From assembly GCA_951406725.2 (NCBI GenBank), contig OX597819.1, positions 80,104,001-80,168,000 on the forward strand: DNA of 64,000 nucleotides, in the 5' to 3' direction. A program made the position numbers and the translations under genes. Source of the stretch: Octopus vulgaris (taxonomy: Eukaryota). Below the pieces are notes generated by a model. That model searched no databases, was not told the origin of the DNA, and was given only the letters and a program-made list of their open reading frames with translations. This document shows, piece after piece, positions 57,151 to 64,000 of the stretch (position 1 is the stretch's first letter; each line of letters opens with the position of its first letter).

Positions 57151-57569
57151 GAAGCAACAACATCCAAGTAAAATGCTCTTCTGTACTCTTGCACCTCCAC
57201 AAACTCGAACAAGATAGAAAAGATATATATATATAAAGAGAAACAAAACTAAAAATAAAAAAAAAATGAATGCAAAAATAAAATGGAGAAAAAGTAGACG
57301 GATGCGAAAACATATCAAAACTGGCATCTTTGTGGTCAAAGCATGGTAGTATGTAGTGAGATAGGGAGATGGTCTGCCCAAAAGATCTGTAACGACTGGC
57401 ACCTCATCCTAAATGGCGTTACTAGGCCGACAATACGACTCCACGGTTTTCTATAGCTTCTGTCAGCAACAATAAGCCAGTCGATTATTTCACATATGAA
57501 TAACTCTTCTGGAAAAGGAGGAGCAAAACGGTTAGTAATCTAGTAAGCGTTCAACGCTCACTCATTCTT

Positions 57570-58754
<1,185 letters not shown>

Positions 58755-59246
58755 ATATTACTTTCTCAATCATCATTCCCTTCTTCGATCTTCCTTATTA
58801 ATTTCTTCACAGTTTTTTTTTTATGTTTCAGCGCACTTTCTAAATCTTTATTTTCTCGGTGAAACATGCCACACGCATGCAGGCACACGCGCACAATCAC
58901 ACAGATACATGTTGGTGAAATAATTGCATGAACACATGGAACACCACGCGCGCGCTCACAAACATGGCTGAAAATATGTAGCATGTAAACAGATTGTTAC
59001 ATACACACTCGCACACGTACCTTGAATCATGCATGACCATTATAAAACGTACCCGAACATACACAACGACACATACACACACACTTAATACATATGGAGT
59101 TATGGAAAACATGTTTACATACTTAAACACATGAGAACATATGGAACACATACATAAACACATGTTTGAACGTAATAGATTGAGAATATACATACAAGTT
59201 TACACAATTAACACGCAAATTCCTCACACGCTACCTTTGTTTCTGC

Positions 59247-59281
<35 letters not shown>

Positions 59282-59520
59282 TCTCTATTTCTATCTCATT
59301 ATCTCTCTCTTCTCTCTCTCTCTCTCTCGCTCTCTTGTTTCTCTCTCATTCCCCCCCCCCGTCTCTCTCTCTCTTTCTCTCTCTCCCCGCTCTCTCTCTC
59401 ACTTTCTGACCTAACGTTGATAGAATTGTGACTAGACACAAGTCACAATTAATTTTTCATGAAATATTAAATTAGTAAAAAGTGATTTCCCATCGAATAA
59501 AAATTGTGCTATCACGTCTG

Positions 59521-59654
<134 letters not shown>

Positions 59655-59901
59655 TGTGTGTGTGTGTGAGTGTAGATAACTGTTGGAAAGTGGAACGAAC
59701 GACAGTTTTTATGTCAAATCACTATAATGTATATGTGTTTATGTGTATTTGTGTGTATATATGTTTGTATGTATGTATGTATGTGTGTATGTATATATGC
59801 ATGTGAGCATAAGTATGTATGCTGCACACGCAAACGCCCACGCGCGCACACAAACACACGCGCATACATATACACATACATATATACACTCATACACACA
59901 C

Positions 59902-60210
59902 TGAAAGCGTTGAACTTAGTGGTCAGTGTGTAGCACAAGTGATTACGAGAGCGTGGCTTCAATTCTTACACCGGATTGTTTGTTGTGTTCTTGGGAAAAC
60001 CACTTCATTTCACGCTGCTTTGCGATTACTTCGACACCTAATGTGTGGTACCCGTGCATCTGTTAAGGCAACGTCCATTTGATGAGGGACTGGGATAACT
60101 TACAGCGCAAACTTTTAATCACTATAAACGAATCATTTGTGCAGATGATTACAAGACATTGTAAAAACCTCTTTGTCAGAGTACGAGGACCCACCTGTCG
60201 ATGACGACGT
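59902..60210 (+). mobile_element. Old SINE-F
   Basis: Degenerate tRNA-like head; similar to 43230-43495. Confidence 0.6.
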
Positions 60211-60477
60211 ATGAGCGTTCAGCTTTTGCCGAACGATTTGCACATATAATTTGTTAATAGTAATCAAATGTACGTGCTGCATATTAGCTCACATCCTCCA
60301 TTAAATCGATGTTGCCTGAATAGATGCACAGTGTAACACGCGTCAGGTGTCGAAGTGATGGTAGAGCAACGTGAGATGAAGTGCTTTTCTCAAACATATA
60401 ACACACTAAGCGGTCTAAGAACTGAAACAACGATCTACCGATCATGAGTGCAACGCCCCAATCACTAGACCATGCAT
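60211..60477 (-). mobile_element. Old SINE-F, tail-to-tail with the preceding copy
   Basis: The reverse complement shares TCGACACCT.A.G.GTG.TAC.C.GTGCATCT.TT.AGGCAAC with the plus copy. Confidence 0.6.
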
Positions 60478-60795
60478 ACTCATATATATACGCATACAAG
60501 ATGGCTTATGTTTTTAATGGTGCAACTTCCAGTAGATAAACATATACATAATACTATGTAGAGTATTGGATTAGAATACATGTTGGATGGGTAAAGTCGG
60601 AGTCGAAGACTTAAATCCGAATCTTCTGTAAACATGAAAGACGTTCTACAAATATAACAAAGAAATCCTTCGAAATACTCCATCCATATATGAACTTTCT
60701 TCATACAAACAAGCATTGTAAACAATACATACATATATGCATGCAAGTATACATACATACATATAAACATATATATAAACATACAAGTAAACATA

Positions 60796-60847
<52 letters not shown>

Positions 60848-61444
60848 CATACATACATACATACATACATACATGCATACATATATACATATATATGTCT
60901 GTCTGTGTATATATATACATACAAGCATACATGCATACATACATTCATGCATATACAGGTACACACACTAAAAACTGCAACAATACTATCACAAACAATT
61001 TTCAAGGGAGCTTCTGCGACTAGAAGTAGTAGCCAAATTGCCTTCGGTTCATACACAGCCGTCTTTAAAACGGATCTGAATTCAATGCTAAAGTTTTTAA
61101 TATAAAGTGATATTGAACAAAATAAAGAAGAAAAAAAAAGTAAGCATCTCTACATAAAAATACTCGATATGTATAAAAGTCAGTTAGCGCGTTCATTTCT
61201 ACAGTCACACTTTACATCGACAGAGAGAGGAGAGATGAGAGTGTAAAAGAGAAATACAGAGAGAGAGACATACAGACAGACATACAGACAAATAGTCAGA
61301 TAGATAGATGGACAGACAGATTGATATTAGAGATACAAGATGAGTATACATGCTAGGCTTGGCTGTAGGCAATGCGTAAAGAATGCTACATACACAGTGA
61401 TAGACAAAATATAGAAACAAAAGAGTAGGAGGAAGAAAAGAAAA

Positions 61445-61568
61445 AGAAGAAGAAGAAGAAGAAGAAGAAGAAGAAGAAGAAGAAGAAGAAGAAGAAGAAG
61501 AAGAAGAAGAAGAAGAAGAAGAAGAAGAAGAAGAAGAAGAAGAAGAAGAAGAAGAAGAAGAAGAAGAA
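61445..61568. repeat. Pure (GAA)n, about 41 units
   Basis: Direct reading. Confidence 0.95.
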
Positions 61569-62389
61569 ATGACAGAGTAGTTATGCTCGGGGTTTTGTAA
61601 ATGAGAAATTTGTTCTATCTAATTATATTTTGAGCTAATAAATATTTTGTTCTTTGAAAATTAATATTCATTAAATCATTTGTACAAACACCAAGAAGTT
61701 CGGTAAACGTTAAATTATAATTAATGTATGTATTCCATATTTCTTGATAATGTCCTTTATTGCAAAAATATACTTCCAAAGGTACTCGCCATCTGGCGGG
61801 TAACATTTTCTCTGTTGGGTTATGAGATGAATTCACTCTCATTTTTGCAATATTATTTGAATTAACTCGAAAAATATTCTTAACGTAGTGTTTTATGAGT
61901 TGTATGTGGCTCTCATCTTCCTCTACAACTTTTGTTTATTGCTCTTGAAATTTGAGTAAATTTTACATTTTGTTTTCAAACCTTTGAAAATTAAGGATTA
62001 AGATAGACGAAAAATTAAAAAAGGAATTCATCTGTTAACCCGATGCTAACAGAATAAAACCGACTGTAGACTCCTCCATGTATGTTAATACCATTTTTAG
62101 GGCGAAGCTAAAAATGGTAGAAGCAAACTTTGGTTAACCGAATCTTTGGTAATTAAAGGCTTCATCAACGTACCCGAAAAGTAAGATTTTCAAACGAACG
62201 CAAAGAACACGTATTGTTGTCCAAAAATCTAATCGATAATTACTACACCGACATCTCTTCCGGAAAACGGTGCGACCTGAACTCTAGCATTCTCTTCTAC
62301 ACAAACAATATACTAACATTAACTGTAAGCACGTGTAAAGTTAGTGTATCTTTGACTACACTGGCTAGTGTGGTTTTTCTTTTAATTTT

Positions 62390-62763
62390 TGTCTTTTATT
62401 TGTTTCAGCCGTTGGACTGAAGCTATGCAAAAGTCACACCACCTTGAAGAGTACAGACAAACAGATCAACCCCAGTATTCTAGCACTTATTCTCTCAGTT
62501 TCCTTTATCGAGTCACTAAGTTACGGTGACGTAAACAAACCAATGAACAGTTATAAAATGGCGAGGAGACAAACACAAGCAAACACAGAATACGAGGTCA
62601 CACACACATGACGGGCTTCCATACGGTTTCTCTACCAAATTCTCGGACAAGATATTGGTCTTCCTAGGGCTACTGCGAAAGGCACCAACGAAAAGGTTTT
62701 GCACAGTGGGATTAAACTCGAAACTACAGGGAGCTTCTTAACCGCACAACCATACCTGCGCCT
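62390..62763 (-). mobile_element. Diverged SINE-A
   Basis: CTAAGTTACGGTGACGTAAACA, GACGGGCTT and CAGTGGGATTAAAC motifs. Confidence 0.75.
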
Positions 62764-64000
62764 TTTATTAAAAAAAAAAACAAAAAAAAAAAACGCTAAA
62801 GTAATATTTGTTGAAGATATGACTTCTAATTCCAGCAGATTGAGCGACCAGTTATAGGTTTCTTAGTTAACCGGTCTTTAATAACTCTTATATCTGTTAC
62901 ATTAAGAATGTTTATATTCAGAAGGAAAATGAATGCAGAAGATTGAAAAATTGGAAGTGATTGGTTCCTTCTCCCATCTCTCTAGTCTTGGTTTTCCTGT
63001 CCTTCGTACACCTCGTATATCAGCTTTATGGTATACGAGATCCACTTCTCTCGCTGCCCTTTTCCTCGCTGTCTCCACATCATCACTTCATTACCATCCC
63101 TTCATTTACAAGCATTCAACCAAAGCGCCAAGTTCACTATTTCTCCCTCCTATTCTTTCTCTCCTCTTATTTCTTTCATTTTATTTCCCCTATTCGCGCT
63201 ATATTCTTTCCCTTTCTCTCTCTCACTCACACACACACTCTTTCTCTTTTTCTCTTTCTTATTTCTCTCTTCTTCACCCGCAGACGACGAGCAAGAACTA
63301 TAAATGTTACGTTACACAAATCTCGCGGCGAATGAACTTTAATAAACGACTTGTAGTTTCCCTCTAATATTACATTTACACTATTTAGCGTAATTTGAAC
63401 GAGATTTAGACACTATGTCTAGCAAATAGCCCTTACATATAAAAGTTCCCTTATTGACTCGCCTTTATCAAATAGTGGAGCCGAAGGAAATAATGGTCTA
63501 ACTCATCAAAAATCAACTGATGAAGTTATAAAAATAGTATAAGTTCGTGATAGAAGGTGAATTGTAGCGTTTCTTGCTGGGTTGATCGTAAGTGAAAACA
63601 TCGATAGAGTATTCCAATTCCTAACGGTTTACAAATCTGTTCAGTTATGTTAAACATTCCATCATGTTGTTGTTAATTTTACTTATCTTTCTGGCGGCTT
63701 TGGTGAAAGAGTTTGAACGAGATTGAAAGAGCCGAAAACATGCCTTTCTCTTTGGCTAAAGCCTCATTAGCTTTTTCTATTTTCACTTGAAAAGAAAATT
63801 GAGAGCGGAAAGGCTCCACGAGTAGTCCTCTCTTGCCATTTTCAAGGAAATTTTTCTTGTTTAAATTTTTCTGTAATCCTACACTCTATCGTTCTGTACT
63901 GTCCGCGATGTTCTTGGCAACCCTTAGTGGTTGATAAAGAAGATATGTTTTTTAGATCCAGTTGACCCAGACTGATAAAACCTTTGGAGGAAACAGATTA

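Overview
This is AT-rich eukaryotic DNA with no recognisable host protein-coding exon. It is a mosaic of microsatellites, SINEs and decayed retroelements. The repeat families and microsatellite load look like an Octopus (coleoid cephalopod) genome; this is recalled, not checked against a database. Nearly all supplied ORFs are translations of microsatellites. The real coding signal is all transposon relics: three Penelope-like elements (GIY-YIG, one also with RT), two R4/Dong-type fragments, two L1/Tx1-type fragments and a 3'-truncated mariner. There are also about six SINE families (my labels SINE-A to SINE-F), a hAT-type MITE and a TIR element next to (TA)n. Three signals stand out. (1) Seven minimal type-I hammerhead ribozyme motifs from six unrelated sequence contexts, with five different palindromic stem III sequences, including one with a compensatory U3-A8 core. 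(2) A SINE subfamily whose 3' tail matches the 3' end of the Tx1-like LINE in this window and which is repeatedly joined at AGC^GGTA, a site present in its own head, giving self-nested multimers. (3) A ~1.7 kb inverted duplication hinged on (TA)n that may be an assembly artefact. All alignments and folds were done by eye, so boundaries are approximate.
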